A stretch of 64,000 nt of DNA. It comes from Octopus sinensis (lineage: Eukaryota). The position numbers and the translations under genes are program-made. The DNA lies in assembly GCF_006345805.1 (NCBI RefSeq), contig NC_043001.1, positions 91,636,001-91,700,000 on the forward strand. The letters are read 5' to 3'. This document shows positions 25,318 through 38,864 of this stretch, in pieces. The number at the start of each line of letters is the position of its first letter. The stretch's first letter is position 1. Under the pieces are notes generated by a model that did no database searches, was not told the origin of the DNA, and worked only from the letters and a program-made list of their open reading frames with translations.

Positions 25318-26290
25318 ATAATAATAAGAGTAAATAATTTCTATAAAGGCTTTTAAAAAAAACCCAATTATTTACTGGTAGAATTCGGTATGTAAATATA
25401 GCCGATTACCGGTAGGAACTTCTGTAAAGTTCAGTATATATATTGTATATAAGAAAAAAGGGACAGGCAAACAGGTTGCTTGACCGCATACCGAAAAAAT
25501 AGAAATAGCAGTCAAGAATGCTTATTTCTATCAAAGTTGGACTCCGGGCACGACAAACCCTGTAATTCACATATGCAAAACAGAAGGAATAGATAACGAA
25601 AACGAAGTCTGGCGGTTATCTGTGAACATCATGTTCTGGATTATAAACATATTGAATATATATCATATATATTTTTGATATATTTCATATACATTGCATA
25701 TATATATTTCACATCCTTCTTCAGCACAGCTTTCCATTGAAAAAGATTTATCATAGATTTATCAAATGCTACGTACCTCAAACCTTCTGACCATGCGACA
25801 TCAAAATATTGAAGAAAGTGAGCAAAAGCTAAACCTACATAGACGTTTGAATTCGTAAATCTTCCCTCCAAAATTTTGCCATGCGCACTACAAAATAGTT
25901 CCATAAGATTGGAACTATTGGGTTGTCATAATGGAGTGAAAAATCCAAATAGTAATATAATAATAAGAGTAAATAATTTCTATAAAGGCTTTTAAAAAAA
26001 CCCAATTATTTACTGGTAGAATTCGGTATGTAAATATAGCCGATTACCGGCAGGAACTTCTGTAAAGTTCAGTATATATATTGTATATAAGAGAAAAAGG
26101 GACAGGCAAACAGGTTGCTTGACCGCATACCGAAAAAATAGAAATAGCAGTCAAGAATGCTTATTTCTATCAAAGTTGGACTCCGGGCACGACAAACCCT
26201 GTAATTCACATATGCAAAACAGAAGGAATAGATAACGAAAACGAAGTCTGGCGGTTATCTGTGAACATCATGTTTCTGGATTATAAACAT

Positions 26291-26305
<15 letters not shown>
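25318..26305. repeat. 1.5-copy tandem repeat with a 639-bp period
   Basis: 25318-25665 is about 99% identical to 25957-26305; both ends lie in (TA)n. Confidence 0.9.
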
Positions 26306-26330
<25 letters not shown>

Positions 26331-26362
26331 CTGTGTTGTGTGTGTGCGTGTATATATATATA

Positions 26363-26430
<68 letters not shown>

Positions 26431-26539
26431 ATATATTATTATAAATTGAATGGAGACAAGAAGTGGAACGAACCGACAAATGGAAACGAACCTGACGCGG
26501 GCGCTGTCAGACATAATGTGATAATTAAAATATATGCAT

Positions 26540-26720
26540 ACATACAAACATATATGTACGTACCTACATCTACATGTATATATACATGCATATATAAATA
26601 AATATACGTAAGTACAGGACACCACAACAAGACGTAGAAACTGGGAAAACAAAAATTTAACGACAAGTACAGGACAGGCTACACAAGGAAAAATCCAAAA
26701 ATTTTTTACAACAAGAAAAC
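26540..26720 (+). repeat. Repeat 'P3' fragment
   Basis: catatatgtacgtacctacatc..gtacaggacacc, homologous to 49615-49852 and 52895-53150. Confidence 0.6.
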
Positions 26721-27570
26721 AAGTACAGTCCCATGTTCAGTCCCACTGCGTAGCACCTTGGGCAAGTATCGTCTACTCTAGCCTCGAGCCAACCAAAGCC
26801 TTGTAAGCGGATTTGTAGACGGGAACTTAAAGAAGCCCGTCATATATATATATATATTAAAATTTAACATTTTTCAAATTCTCGTGTATTTATTTTTTGT
26901 TATATTATTGCATAGAATCTATTGTTGCAACTTTTTGTTTATCGCAGTAAAATAAGAGTAAAAATTGCATTTAGGAAGAAGACGTTTTGAGGCGCGAATT
27001 AAAAGCTTCACAGAACGTTCATTACAATTCCATGACACACATAACCCAACAATTTGTTGGCATGAGTCAGTCATTTTACTCGTTTCTACAACCGGTGACA
27101 TAATCTGATGGAAACAAACGGTTAATAACGGCTTCTTAATTAGGTAAGATTCACCCCGCTCGACCTACCCCTATAGTTTGATAGATATAAACACAACTAT
27201 TACGGGAGAAATCGTGTAGGTGGCGTGAGTAATTGACAAATTTTGTGGTTGGTTAGTTGGCTGACTGGCTAGTGAATTGGTTGGTTGTATATTTTGGTCT
27301 TTCCGGACTATTAATCTCATCGTTTGCCGTTTGATGTATGCTACACTTTGATCGGTTATTGTTTGTATTTTTCTTTTGTTATCATTGTTTTTGTTGTATA
27401 GCCCCAGGTTTCAGATCGAGCAGGCGTAAGATCAGAGATAGCACAGCTGTGTCGATCCTACTTTTCTTATTTTAATGTTTCTAGAACCACAGTAACCAAT
27501 GAATACGTCTTATTTTTTTAAAGAGGATGCGGTGTGTTTAGTGGAATATTTGGCTGATATTTCTAGCAAC

Positions 27571-27882
27571 AGAGGAGGCGCAATGGCCCAGTGGTTAGGG
27601 CAGTGGACTCGTGGTTGTAGGATCGCGGTTTCGATTCCCAGACCGGGCGTTGTGAGTGTTTGTTGAGCGAAAACACCTAAAGCTCCACGAGGCTCCGGCA
27701 GAAGATAGTGGCGAAATCTGCTGTACTCTTTCTCTACAACTTTCTCTCACTCTTACTTCTGTTGGCTTGCTCGCTTAGCCAGCGGGGTGACGTCATTTGA
27801 AGGCTAAAACAATGCGAAGCACATTGTGACCAGCGATGTGTAGCAAAATCTGATAGCCTGGTCGGTCACGGTGATCACGGTG
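27571..27882 (+). mobile_element. tRNA-derived SINE, head C + tail X, with a 12-bp TSD
   Basis: A box TGGCCCAGTGG, B box GGTTTCGATTCC, 3' repeat tcacggtga x2, and TSD atttctagcaac at 27559-27570 and 27883-27894. It is inserted into an old family-E repeat. Confidence 0.85.
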
Positions 27883-28204
27883 ATTTCTAGCAACTAGGCC
27901 AACCGCATACAAGCTTCTTCCATAGCACAACTCCTAAATAAGGAGTTCTAAAGTTAGCAACAGTCACTATTCTTTTCTACTCTAGGCAGAAAGCCCGATT
28001 TTTTGGGGGAAGGGCTCAGTCGATTAGATCAACCCAAGTACGCAACAGGTACTTAATTTATCGACCCGAAAGGTAGAAAGGTAAAGACGACCTCGGTAAA
28101 GTCGACCATGCCCTCTCCGCCTTTAATGTTTGTAATTATGGCTGAAAGCCAACAATTTTGGAGGAGCGAGCCAGTTCCTTATACTGACTTCAGTACTTGA
28201 CAGG

Positions 28205-28930
28205 TACTTTATTGTATTTGTCTTTGTGTGAAGGTAGTGGTTTGGGGTATTTGTAAGGCTGTGAGTTTGAAACCCGGTGATGCGTTGTGTCCTTAAGCAA
28301 GACGCTTTATTCCACGATGCTCAAGTCCAATCAGCCAACAAAAATTAGTTGTACCTGTGTTTCAAAAAAGGCCAGCCTTGTCACATTCTTATTTCTTTAC
28401 TGCCCACAAGGGGCTACACATAGAGGGGACAAACAAGGACATACAAACGGATTAAGTCGGTAGGATCGGCCCCAGTGCGCAACTGGTACTTATTTAATCG
28501 ACCCCGAAAGGATGAAAGGCAAAGTCGACCTCGGCGGAATTTGACCTCAGAACGTAACGGCAGAGGAAATACCTATTTCTTTACTACCTACAAGGGGCTA
28601 AACACAGAGAGGAAAAACAAGGACAAACAAACTGATTGAGTCGATTATATCAATCCCAGTGCGTAACTGGTCCTTAATTTATCGACCCCGAAAGGATGAA
28701 AGCAAAGTCGACTTCGGCGGAATTTGAACTCAGAACGTAACGACAGACGAAATACCACTAAGCATTTCACCCGGTGTGCTAACGTTTCTGCCAGCTCGCT
28801 ACCTTAGCCTTGTCACATTCTGTGTCATGCTGAATCCCCCTCAGAATACATTAAGAGTACGCGTGTCTGAGGCGCACTCAGCCACTTGCAAGTTAATTTT
28901 ACCAGCAGGTCGTTGTAACCAACGGAGCGC
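28205..28930 (+). mobile_element. Old SINE, head D + tail Y, split by a SINE B insertion
   Basis: gcgttgtgtccttaagcaagac..gttgtacctgtgtttcaaa..agccttgtcacattct, then the insertion, then gtgtcatgctgaat..cagccacttgca; the tail matches 44190-44375. Confidence 0.65.
28390..28805 (-). mobile_element. SINE B dimer with a 16-bp TSD
   Basis: TSD agccttgtcacattct at 28374-28389 and 28806-28821. Confidence 0.9.
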
Positions 28931-29781
28931 AAATTTTTATTTCATCGGCCCCTAAATTTAAACTCAGATTGTAAGCAATCAGAACAAATACCGTAAGGTA
29001 CTTTTTCGAGTTTGCATCCATATAATTCTCTTTTCTTTGCCGTGATGTTGGCGCCGTTTAAAGCATTCAGAGCCACTATAGTTTTTTTTTAAAATATGGT
29101 AATTTGTCCGGCCGTTTTCAATCCTCACAGGCCCTGCCCATGAGAAACAGTTCTAAATTATTTGTTTTGATCAAATCTACTCTGATTTTCTTTTAATCCT
29201 TTTTTCTTGTTTTAGCCGTTTGGCAGCAGCCATGCTGGGGCACCGCATTGAAGGGTTTAGTTGAACAAATCAACCCTAGTAATGATTCTCTGGATGTATT
29301 TTAATCATAAATAAAAATATTCTTCTTGTATAAAGTATTTTTTCTTAAAAGGCAATAATCATAATTTGTAGTCATTCTTTCTTGCGCCGGATCGTTTGAA
29401 TGCGTAGCAATTACCGAGTATAATACAACTCAATATCTAGAAACAAATAGGGGATCGCTGATGGTATATTTAGAGCCAGCGGCCAAAATTTACCAACAAA
29501 AAGTCTAAAATTCTGCTTTAAGAATTCAGGGAGTAAATTCTGCAAAAGATGCAGGAAATACGCACACGCACACATGCGCGCACACACACGCACACACGCG
29601 CGCTCACACACACACACACACACACACCCACACACACAAACACACACTCACACACACACACACATACACACACACGTGCACGTGTGAGTGTGACCTACTT
29701 CAAAATGAGTTTTCCGGGAATGATCTTCAAGAGAGTGCGAAAGTATGTTTATACATACACACATAGATACATACATACACA

Positions 29782-29823
<42 letters not shown>

Positions 29824-29828
29824 ACATA

Positions 29829-29863
<35 letters not shown>

Positions 29864-30276
29864 TCTTATTTAGAAAAGTGTTCCGAGTATAAACTTGAAC
29901 ATAGTGTCTGTTTATGTATAGATAGATAGATAAATATTGGTATGCTTCAAAAGAAGTTTTCCCGGAATAACCTTGTTTATAGAGGAAATTTATTCGTAAC
30001 GTTTCCATTCACTAAATTTGATATTTCCTTCCATTTAACCTATATTAAAGCTGCTATTGTGTTTTTTGTAAAAAACACTTCAGACATATGTAATCGGCAA
30101 AACTGTTTCCGAAATGCATGATAGCCTGAAAGAAGAGAAGTGGAACATAATAAAACCTGCTTTTTCTTCTAAATGGTGATGAAAATAGATCTTTTAGTTA
30201 TGCCGAGGGGTAAGCGGAAAATCGTTCCTAAACTGCATACGTATATTTTCTCGGTCCCAGTTGGTTGATTCATGTA

Positions 30277-30277
30277 A

Positions 30278-30372
<95 letters not shown>
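30277..30372. repeat. (TCTA)n microsatellite
   Basis: Read directly from the sequence. Confidence 0.95.
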
Positions 30373-30532
30373 CGTCTGTCTATCTATTTGCATATATATC
30401 TGCACACACACACACACGTACGTACGAATGTATATAAATTATAATATATATATATATTATCATTTATATATACATATGTAAATATACATACATACTCACG
30501 CACACACACACATATATGTATATATGTATACG

Positions 30533-31745
30533 TATTAGGTTGGCAAGTTCTCGCCGCTTTTTTAAAATTCAAATTCTTTAAAAGGTTTAATAAAAAATAA
30601 CAACTAATTAATCAACAATGCATTCACCCTTGTTGTTTACAACCTCTTCCCAACGTTCAACAAGATTTTCAATACCTCGTTAGTAGAATCACCTTCAAAA
30701 TATTGATCCAACCAAGCTCTCAATTCTGCATCAATATTGAATGAAACTCCACGCATAACATTTGAAAGAGATCGAAAGAGGCGGAGATCCGTTGGTGCCA
30801 ATCAGGAGAGTACAGCGGGTGTAGCAGCACTTCCCAGCCATGCGTTTGAATAGCTTCCTTGGTCATATTGGTGATATGAGGACGGGCGTTGTCGTGCAGC
30901 AGAAGAACTCCATGCTGCCGATTAGGTCTTTTCTCTTGAATAGCCGTATTGAGTCGCTCCATCTGTTGAATATAGAGTTCCGCGTTGACCGTTTGGTTCC
31001 GTTCAAGCAATTCGTAATGGATAATCCCTTCCCAGGGATTATCTTCATGCGCGGTGTAGCTTTTTACCGGGGCTAAGTCATTCCTTACGCTGCTACATAT
31101 TGCTGTACAGGCACCATTTTTCGTCGCCAGTAACGATTCGGTAAAAAAATTGTTGCTTGTGTCTATGAGTTGAGGGGTGACAAGCAAGCAAACCAGCGGA
31201 GATTGTGGCTCGTTGAGTTTTGTTGTTGTCACCTAAAGCATGCGAAACCCATGCTCCATACTTCTGAACCTTTCCCATCGAGTGAAGATGCTTTTCTGTA
31301 GCAGTGTGGGAGCATTCCATTTTCTCTGCCAGTTCCCTTGTCGTTTGGCGAGAATTTTCGTGCAAAAGTTGGTTTAATCGCTCTTCATCGAACTCAACTG
31401 GACGGCCAGAACAAGGTGCGTTTTGAGATCAAAACTTCCATTTTTTAACTTGGCATGCCAGTCACGAGCGGTTCTTTCAGCAATGGCACCCTCTCCATAC
31501 ACAGCACAAATGTCGCGTGCAGCTTTTGCGACCCTAGGAAGTGTCGAAAATGCTCGTTTTTCTTAACATGACATTTCATTTTAATGATCTGAAAATAAAC
31601 AAAGATTAACTAAAATTAACTAGAAAGAAAAAACAAAACAAAATAAAACAAAATAGATTCCAAAATGATTCAAAAATAGAATTCTTGAAAAAATAGGATT
31701 CCAAACTTTAAAAAGACGACAGGAACTTAGTTACAAACCCAAAAT
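30533..31745 (-). mobile_element. Near-full-length mariner (DD34D) with a disrupted transposase
   Basis: Matching degenerate TIRs at both ends. The ATG is at 31579. The sequence reads AARDICAVYGEGAIAERTARDW, SGRPVEFDEERL, RQTTRELAEKMECSH, WVSHAL (WVPHEL), IVTGDEKW, LLHDNARPH and HPLYSPD, with frameshifts and small deletions. Confidence 0.92.
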
Positions 31746-31833
31746 ATATGTGTATGTCTATACATATATGCATATATATATATACATAAATACATATAAT
31801 ATTATCATATATATATATATATATTATATATAG

Positions 31834-31902
<69 letters not shown>

Positions 31903-31969
31903 GTATGTTGTATGTATATATATATATATAATATATATATATATGCATATACATATATGCATATATACA

Positions 31970-32021
<52 letters not shown>

Positions 32022-32155
32022 CATATTCACACACACACATACATACATACATATATACATATACACACATATTCACACACTCCTACATACATATACATAC
32101 ATACATAAATACACACACATACACACACACACGCGCGCGCGCGCATATATATATA
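31745..32155. repeat. (TA)n/(CA)n compound microsatellite
   Basis: Read directly from the sequence. Confidence 0.95.
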
Positions 32156-32696
32156 TTGAACAGGCTTTATAAAAAATCACTACAATTATTTCAACGGACC
32201 GTTATCACTTGGTAATTGCTGAACGTTACATAAATCATATGTAATATTGTATTAACATGTTTCAACAACAGCTATATACGTGCACATCCTCAGGTGACCA
32301 GCATTAAATGCGTACATATATGTTATGTAAGTATGTATATTAGGATCACTGACATTGGAATCATATTCATTTTTTTAAATTTTAGAACACCGCTCGTACG
32401 TTTGAATGCATCTAAAAATAGGAAACAAAGTAACAGTATATCCAGTCAAACTGAAATCATACGGGACAGCCGATTAAAAAACCAAAAAACAAACAACAAA
32501 CGTTCGTTCGTTCGGGTCTTGTAACTATTAACGAGATGTGTGTAGGTGAAAGCCTTTATACAGCAACAACGAATGAGTTTCCAAAATGAACGGTAAGCAC
32601 TAGATATATCAAAAGACAAGACAATGGCGAAAACAAACCTTCACTACGATTTCGTTTCCAAAAGTGTTAACTTTCACCACCTTTAGAGAAAATAAG

Positions 32697-32950
32697 TAGA
32701 GGTGCGTGGCTCAGTGGTTAGGGAGCTGGACTGATGATCGTAAGATTGTGGTTTCGATTCCTGGACCGAGCAACGCGTTGTATTCTTGGGTAAAACACTT
32801 TATCTCAGCTGGCAAAAATGAGCAATCTTGCGACAGACTGGCGTCCCATCCAGGTGGGGAATATATACGCGATGGAAACAGGAAAACCGGAAAATTGTAA
32901 AACCGGCCTTGTGAGTCTATATGACTCGGGAAGGAACTTTACTTTTCTTT
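32697..32950 (+). mobile_element. tRNA-derived SINE, head D + Z-like tail variant
   Basis: gtggctcagtggttaggg..ggtttcgattcctggacc..gcgacagactggcgtcccatccagg; the 3' end is gactcgggaaggaactttacttt. Confidence 0.75.
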
Positions 32951-33059
32951 TTTTTTTAATTAGGGGGAAAGAAACCAATATTATATATATTTTTTATAAA
33001 TATGCTTTTATTATCTTTTTTAATCTTTTACCTTTCTTTTTCAGTCGAGACTCTGTGAC

Positions 33060-33213
33060 TCTGCTGAGGTAATGAAGCATAGTGCTTTTAGTCAAGTAAT
33101 TCGACACCAGGACTTTTTGTATCAATTTCTTTTGGTGAACCCACAAGTCAGGGGGACGTAAACAAAGCAACACTCATTTTCAAATAGGGATGGGAGGCAT
33201 GGACAAACAAAAG

Positions 33214-33244
<31 letters not shown>

Positions 33245-33420
33245 CGACAGTCTTCGGGCTTCTGCATAATTTCCGTCTACCAAATTCACTCATAAGACAT
33301 TGATTTTGTCGGGATTATAGTGGAAGTCATGTGATCAAGGTGCCACCCAGTGGGACTGAACTTGAACCTGAAACCACGTTATTGAGAAGCGAGCCTCTTA
33401 ACTATACAGCCATACTTCTC
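33060..33420 (-). mobile_element. SINE A, degraded
   Basis: Residual ttccgtctaccaaattcactca and cagtgggactgaac motifs. Confidence 0.6.
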
Positions 33421-34319
33421 CCTATGTGCTAGTATATTTAGTAAATCCTCCATATCCCTCTTTGCTGTTCCTTCAACTACGATGGAGGCATAAAATGAAG
33501 GAGGGAAGTCATAACAGCAGTGTGTATTGAGAAATGTGTAAATGGACTTGATAGATTACTGGCTGATGTCTCAGAGAAATCCCATAATTGTTGGTGATAC
33601 AGCATTCTATTGCAGCTATATGATATGTGTTTGTGACTAAGTGACATGATGACAATTCACTCCTAAACTGAAATAGGCTCCCAGCCTCTGTATCATGAAT
33701 GGTTATGTGGACAACTCCTCACGAAAGTTTGAGCTTCCTTCGACCACTACATAAAAAGTATTAAGAAAAAGATGATATTTAGATATACTTTTATTTTAGT
33801 TGTTTACACTGATTTACGCTTGTTTATACTCTTATACATTCAAAGTTTACAAATTTCCTTATTTAAATTATGAATCATATTCGTTTCAATAATATCAATA
33901 TGATTACAAAACATTTTTGTAGACGATATTTTCTGTTTGGTCGACACTAATTTTCAAATTACTGGAATGCGTTGATCTACTCATAGCGATGTATAACAGA
34001 CAGTGTGTAAACATCGGAGTGGGTAAAATTACACCTACATGATCTAAAGTCTAGCCCTGTGCCTTGTTTGCTGTGAAAGCGCGACCGGAATCTTTAGGGT
34101 TGCAAAAAATCAAACTAAGACTTACCTCTCACTGTTCTATGCGAATAATATCTGGATGTTCTGGTACCTTGGGTTATTTTGATTGACAAAACTGAGATGT
34201 AAACAACAGCCGCTTCGATTAGCCGTTTCGAATCCTGCTCAAGACTGACACACTTCAGTAACTAGCAAATAATCACACACACTATATACTGACACACACT
34301 TTTTCCATTTTATTTTTGC

Positions 34320-34950
34320 TGTGAACCGTCCTTGCGACCCCCCTTCGTATCTACGATGGGGCTACGAACCATAAAATGAAAATCCAGAGTTACTCGTGGT
34401 TAGGGAATTTTTAATAAAAATGCAAAGGTGGTTTATCAATTCAAAAATCTATATCCACGAAATAATCATACTTTCTGGGGTTTTTTAATGCTAAAACCCT
34501 TCCTGACGACCGTCTTTGCAATCCCGAAAAATATCGTAACCATTGGTTCAGCTGTCTGGTCGTGAAGAAGGAACAGACAAAGAGACGGACAGACGGGCAG
34601 ACATAACGCCCATTATAGTAAGATAGGAAATCTGCCCATCTTCGATGGGAAATAAAAGGATAGTATCGCAAATCTAAACCCTCTAAATTTACGAACTATA
34701 CGGGGAGGTAGGGGGCGGTTCCAGAGATAATCCTCGTCGTCAGAATTTTAACAAAGAAAGGTTATTTACTAATAAAAAACTCAATATCCACTAAATCGTC
34801 ATACTTTTTCACTTTTAATTTTGCTAAAAACCTTCCTGATTACCTTCTTTGTAATCCTGAAAAACATAGGGACCGTTGGTCCAGCCGTTTGACCGTGAAA
34901 AGGGACAAGACAGTCGTACAGACGGACTTAACGTCCGTTATAGAAAGATG
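34320..34950 (+). mobile_element. Lep1-like non-autonomous Helitron-type element with two tandem 3' ends
   Basis: Two diverged ~200-bp units, each ending in a (GACA)-like repeat followed by ataacgcccattatagtaagat (~34624) or ttaacgtccgttatagaaagat (~34949). Confidence 0.55.
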
Positions 34951-35951
34951 ACATACATTGATCGTAGATGACCAGACAGATTGCATTTAGATAGAATATA
35001 AATGAAATTACTGCTGTGTTAACGATATTTCGTTTCGCTGTTATCATGTATTATAGAACCCCCCGCCACACACACAAACCTTATTTGCATTACAGACTTT
35101 ACTCGTCTCAAAAGCCTTGTAAAGGACCAGAGACATGGCCTTTTAAATTAAAACAATAAAATCAAATTGTAATTGTTATGTTTAATTTTTAGTTCAATTC
35201 CTTTGGATTTTACGCTCGAGAAGTCCTTGAAAATATTCAATGAATTTAGACGATCCAGAATGAAAAAAACCCCCAAAAGAATAGAATAAAACGCAGCTGA
35301 GAACTTTGAGTGAAAGAAATGCATAACATGTTCCTTAGAATTTTTGACTATGGGAGAATAGAGTAGAGGACAGAGGATATTATGCAATCATAAGTGTAAT
35401 GATTGTCCGTTTAAATCTCACGCTATTGTGACAGATAAAGTAAATTGCTTCACTTTTCCTAATTCATTTATGGTTGATTAACCCCATTGGTTTCACTATA
35501 CAAAAGAAACTTAACCATTTTCGTTCTGTAGACTAGCGGTTCTCAAACTGGGTCTGTGAGCTGTGAACAAAATTTTTACATTCTTCGGTCTTTATTGATG
35601 TGAGCAGGTTTTCTCCCAAGTGTTTTGTACAACTCAAGAATAAGCAAACATAATAGATGTGAAAAGTGTTGAACCTGAAATTCGTTGCAGTATCAATAAA
35701 GTAACATCAAGCGTCTCATTAAAGAAATATGGTTTTTCATATTGCCGTTTATTGGATGAAGTATTCAGTTACACACACGCACATGTGCGCGTGCACAGAC
35801 AAACGTGCATGAACACGCAGACACACACACATATACACCACAAAACACACACACACACACAGATAAACATATATTATACATACACATACAAACGCATATT
35901 TGTATGCATGAATATATGTGTGTATATACATGTATATAATATATATCTGTG

Positions 35952-35998
<47 letters not shown>

Positions 35999-35999
35999 A

Positions 36000-36372
36000 T
36001 AGGTGCAGCAGTGGTTGTGTGTTAAGAAGCTTGTTTCCCAACCACATGGCTTCGGGTTCAATCCCACTGCGTAGCACATTGGATAAGTGTATTCTGCTAT
36101 AGCCTCGGGCTAACCAAAAGCCTTGTGAGTGGATTTGGTAGACGGAAACTGAAAGATGTCCGTCGTATATATGTATGTATGTATATTCATATATATATAT
36201 ATATATATATGCGTGCGCGCGCGCGTTTGTCTGATGTTGATATATTTACGTTCCTGTAACACTAGCGGTTGGGCAAAAGAAACCGATAGAACAAGTACCA
36301 GGCATGCAAGGAATAAGTCCTGGGGTCGAACTGTTCGATTAAAGGCGGTGCTCCAGCATGGCCGCAGTCATT
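36000..36372 (+). mobile_element. SINE A
   Basis: Head ggtgcagcagtggttgtgtg..gggttcaatccc, body, internal microsatellite and a truncated tail. Confidence 0.8.
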
Positions 36373-36464
36373 TATATATATATGTATATATATGTATCGA
36401 GAGAGAGAGAGAGAGGGAGAGAGAGAGAAAGAAGAAATACATATATTCATATATACTATATTCA

Positions 36465-36496
<32 letters not shown>

Positions 36497-37469
36497 TATA
36501 TTCATACATTCACAGACGTATATAAACTTTCAATTGAATGACGAACCTGGGAAAACCAGGTTTTTGTTAATTAATAAAATCGATTTGTTGCGCAGACAGA
36601 CTTTTGAAAAGTGTGAGGGCCGTGGTGAATTTCATTTAAATAAGAAAGGACCCCGGGGTGCTAGATAGTGAAAAGGTTGCGAACAACTACTGTACAAAAA
36701 GAAAATGCTTTGAGCATAATCCAACAAACCAGAGATCCATCAGGCAACGCACACCGTCTTATAAACCGTCTATAAACTTCCTATAATAAAGCAAGAGTTA
36801 AATAATGTGGCCAGACAACACAGTCGTAAAAGCCTTTCAGATTGTGCAGGATGTGATGTTAGAAGACTAACACACTATCACCTGATATATTTTATTATGC
36901 ATTGAATGTACAACACAGTACACAAGAATATTTTTATGAGAAACGGCCCATGGTATGTTTAACTTAATACTACCCTCTCAATAGTGAATTTTAAGTGTAA
37001 ATATCATGTTCGCTATGTTTTCAAGCACAGGAATGTTAGTGGGCAAGTATTTTTGAGTTTGTTTAGAGGAATTTACCTGAAAGAAAATTCAATGTTGGTA
37101 AATTCCATGTATTTTTAAACCCTGAAAAGATTTGCATTCTGTATGTCATGCTTCATTGTGATATACTGCAGAAAGCGTTGAAACTGCGGTATTCGCCTTG
37201 AGAAAGCATCTCGCATAGACATATAGTGTTAAAAATCACAAAAATATATCAGCATCTATCGGAAAGTATGTAGCAGCAGCAGTGGAATCGTTAAATATGT
37301 ATTTCTGTTTCACTGAGCGTCATCAGCGACATCCTTCCAATAGCAACCATGTGCTTAGACAAATGTAATCCTTCCTAACATAGAAAAACTGTGATTAACG
37401 AATCACTGGTGTTGCAATTAACTAGTGTGCAATTAACTAGAAAGAGATGTGTGTGTGTGTGTGTGTGTG

Positions 37470-37680
37470 TGCCTATTGCGCACTACCACTACTTGAGAAC
37501 CGGTGTTATTGTATTTAAATCCCCGTGACTTAGCGGTTCGGCAAAAGATATCGATAGAATAAGTACCAGGATTTCAAAAAGAAGTACTTGTGTCAATTCA
37601 TTCGACGAGAAAAATTCTACAAGACGGTGCTCCAGCATGGTCGCAGTCTAATTAGTAAAACAGATAAAAGATTGAAAAAA
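37470..37680 (+). mobile_element. SINE A 3' half
   Basis: ccccgtgacttagcggttcggcaaaaga..gcggtgctccagcatgg-like motifs. Confidence 0.75.
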
Positions 37681-38164
37681 ATAGCCTTGAAGCTGCAGTA
37701 TTCATTTCGAAGAAGCATCTTATATAGACGTCTAGTGTTAAAAAAACATAGATATACATCAGTAGCAGACGAAAAGTGTCCGGCAGCGATGGTAGAATTG
37801 TTAAATGTGAATTTCTGTATTAATTTAATGTTCAATCAAGCTCCCAAGAAAATCACTGATTATGCAAACTGGTCTCTGCAGTTTACTTTAATAACCTAAT
37901 GTTAGTGGGTTTATAAGTAGTGTCTTCGTGGATAGAAAGGGTGCACAGTTGCTGTGTAGGAATCGAAACGTGCATACAACCGTTTGCACGTGTCAGTTCT
38001 TGTTGGAATCTTTGTCAGCAACTATGCATCATCTGTTTCTCTTTTTTTTTTTTTCTCTTATTGAAAATATTGTCAAGACGCGATGTTTACGTTCGTCAAA
38101 CACTAAATTTAACAGATACGCGCTACGGTACATTGTAATAATGAAACGAAGCGCTGTTAACATA

Positions 38165-38864
38165 CTCCTTTACTATATTACTGTTTTTACTTGTTTCAGC
38201 ATCGGTTGTCAAGCCATGTTGGGAGGACAAACACAGACACACAAACATATACATATATATACTCTTTTACTTTTTTACTTGTTTCAGTCATTTGACTGCG
38301 GCCATGCTGGAGCACCGCCTTTAGTCGAGGAGCAAATCGACCCCGGGACTTATTCTTTGTAAGCCAGTACTTATTCTATTCTGGTCTCTTTTGCAGAACC
38401 GCTAAGTGACGGGGACGTAAACACACAGCATATTTTGTCAAGCAATGCTAGGGGGACAAACACAGACCACAAAACATATACTACACATACTTATATATAT
38501 ATATACATATATACGACAGGCTTCTCCTCAGTTTCCGTCTACCAAATCCACTCACAAGGCATTGGTCGCCCCGGGGCTATAGCAGAAGGCACTTGCCCAA
38601 GATGCCACGCAGTGGGACTGAACCCGGAACCATGTCGGTTAGCAAGCTACTTACCACACAGCCACTCCTGCGCCTATATATATATATATTTATATATAAC
38701 CGACGGGCTTCTTTCAGTTTCCGTCTACCAAATCCACTCACAAGGCTTTGGTCGCCCTGAGGCTATAGTAGAAGACATTTGCCCAAGGTTCCACGCAGTG
38801 GGACTGAACCCGGAACCATGTGGCTGGTAAGCAAGCTACTTACCACACACCCACTCCTACGCCT
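38165..38864 (-). mobile_element. SINE A cluster: deleted copy (38165-38250), full copy (38260-38674) and extra 5' half (38698-38864)
   Basis: Direct match to the family consensus; the head ggcgcaggagtggctgtgtgg occurs twice. Confidence 0.85.

Noticed and set aside
37300-37330. CTGATGA..GAAA on the minus strand (similar cases at 833 and 61575)
   Set aside because: No stem I or stem III pairing and no NUH cleavage site.
37170-37825. Duplicated coding exon
   Set aside because: One copy has a stop codon, the other a frameshift, and substitutions are spread evenly over codon positions.
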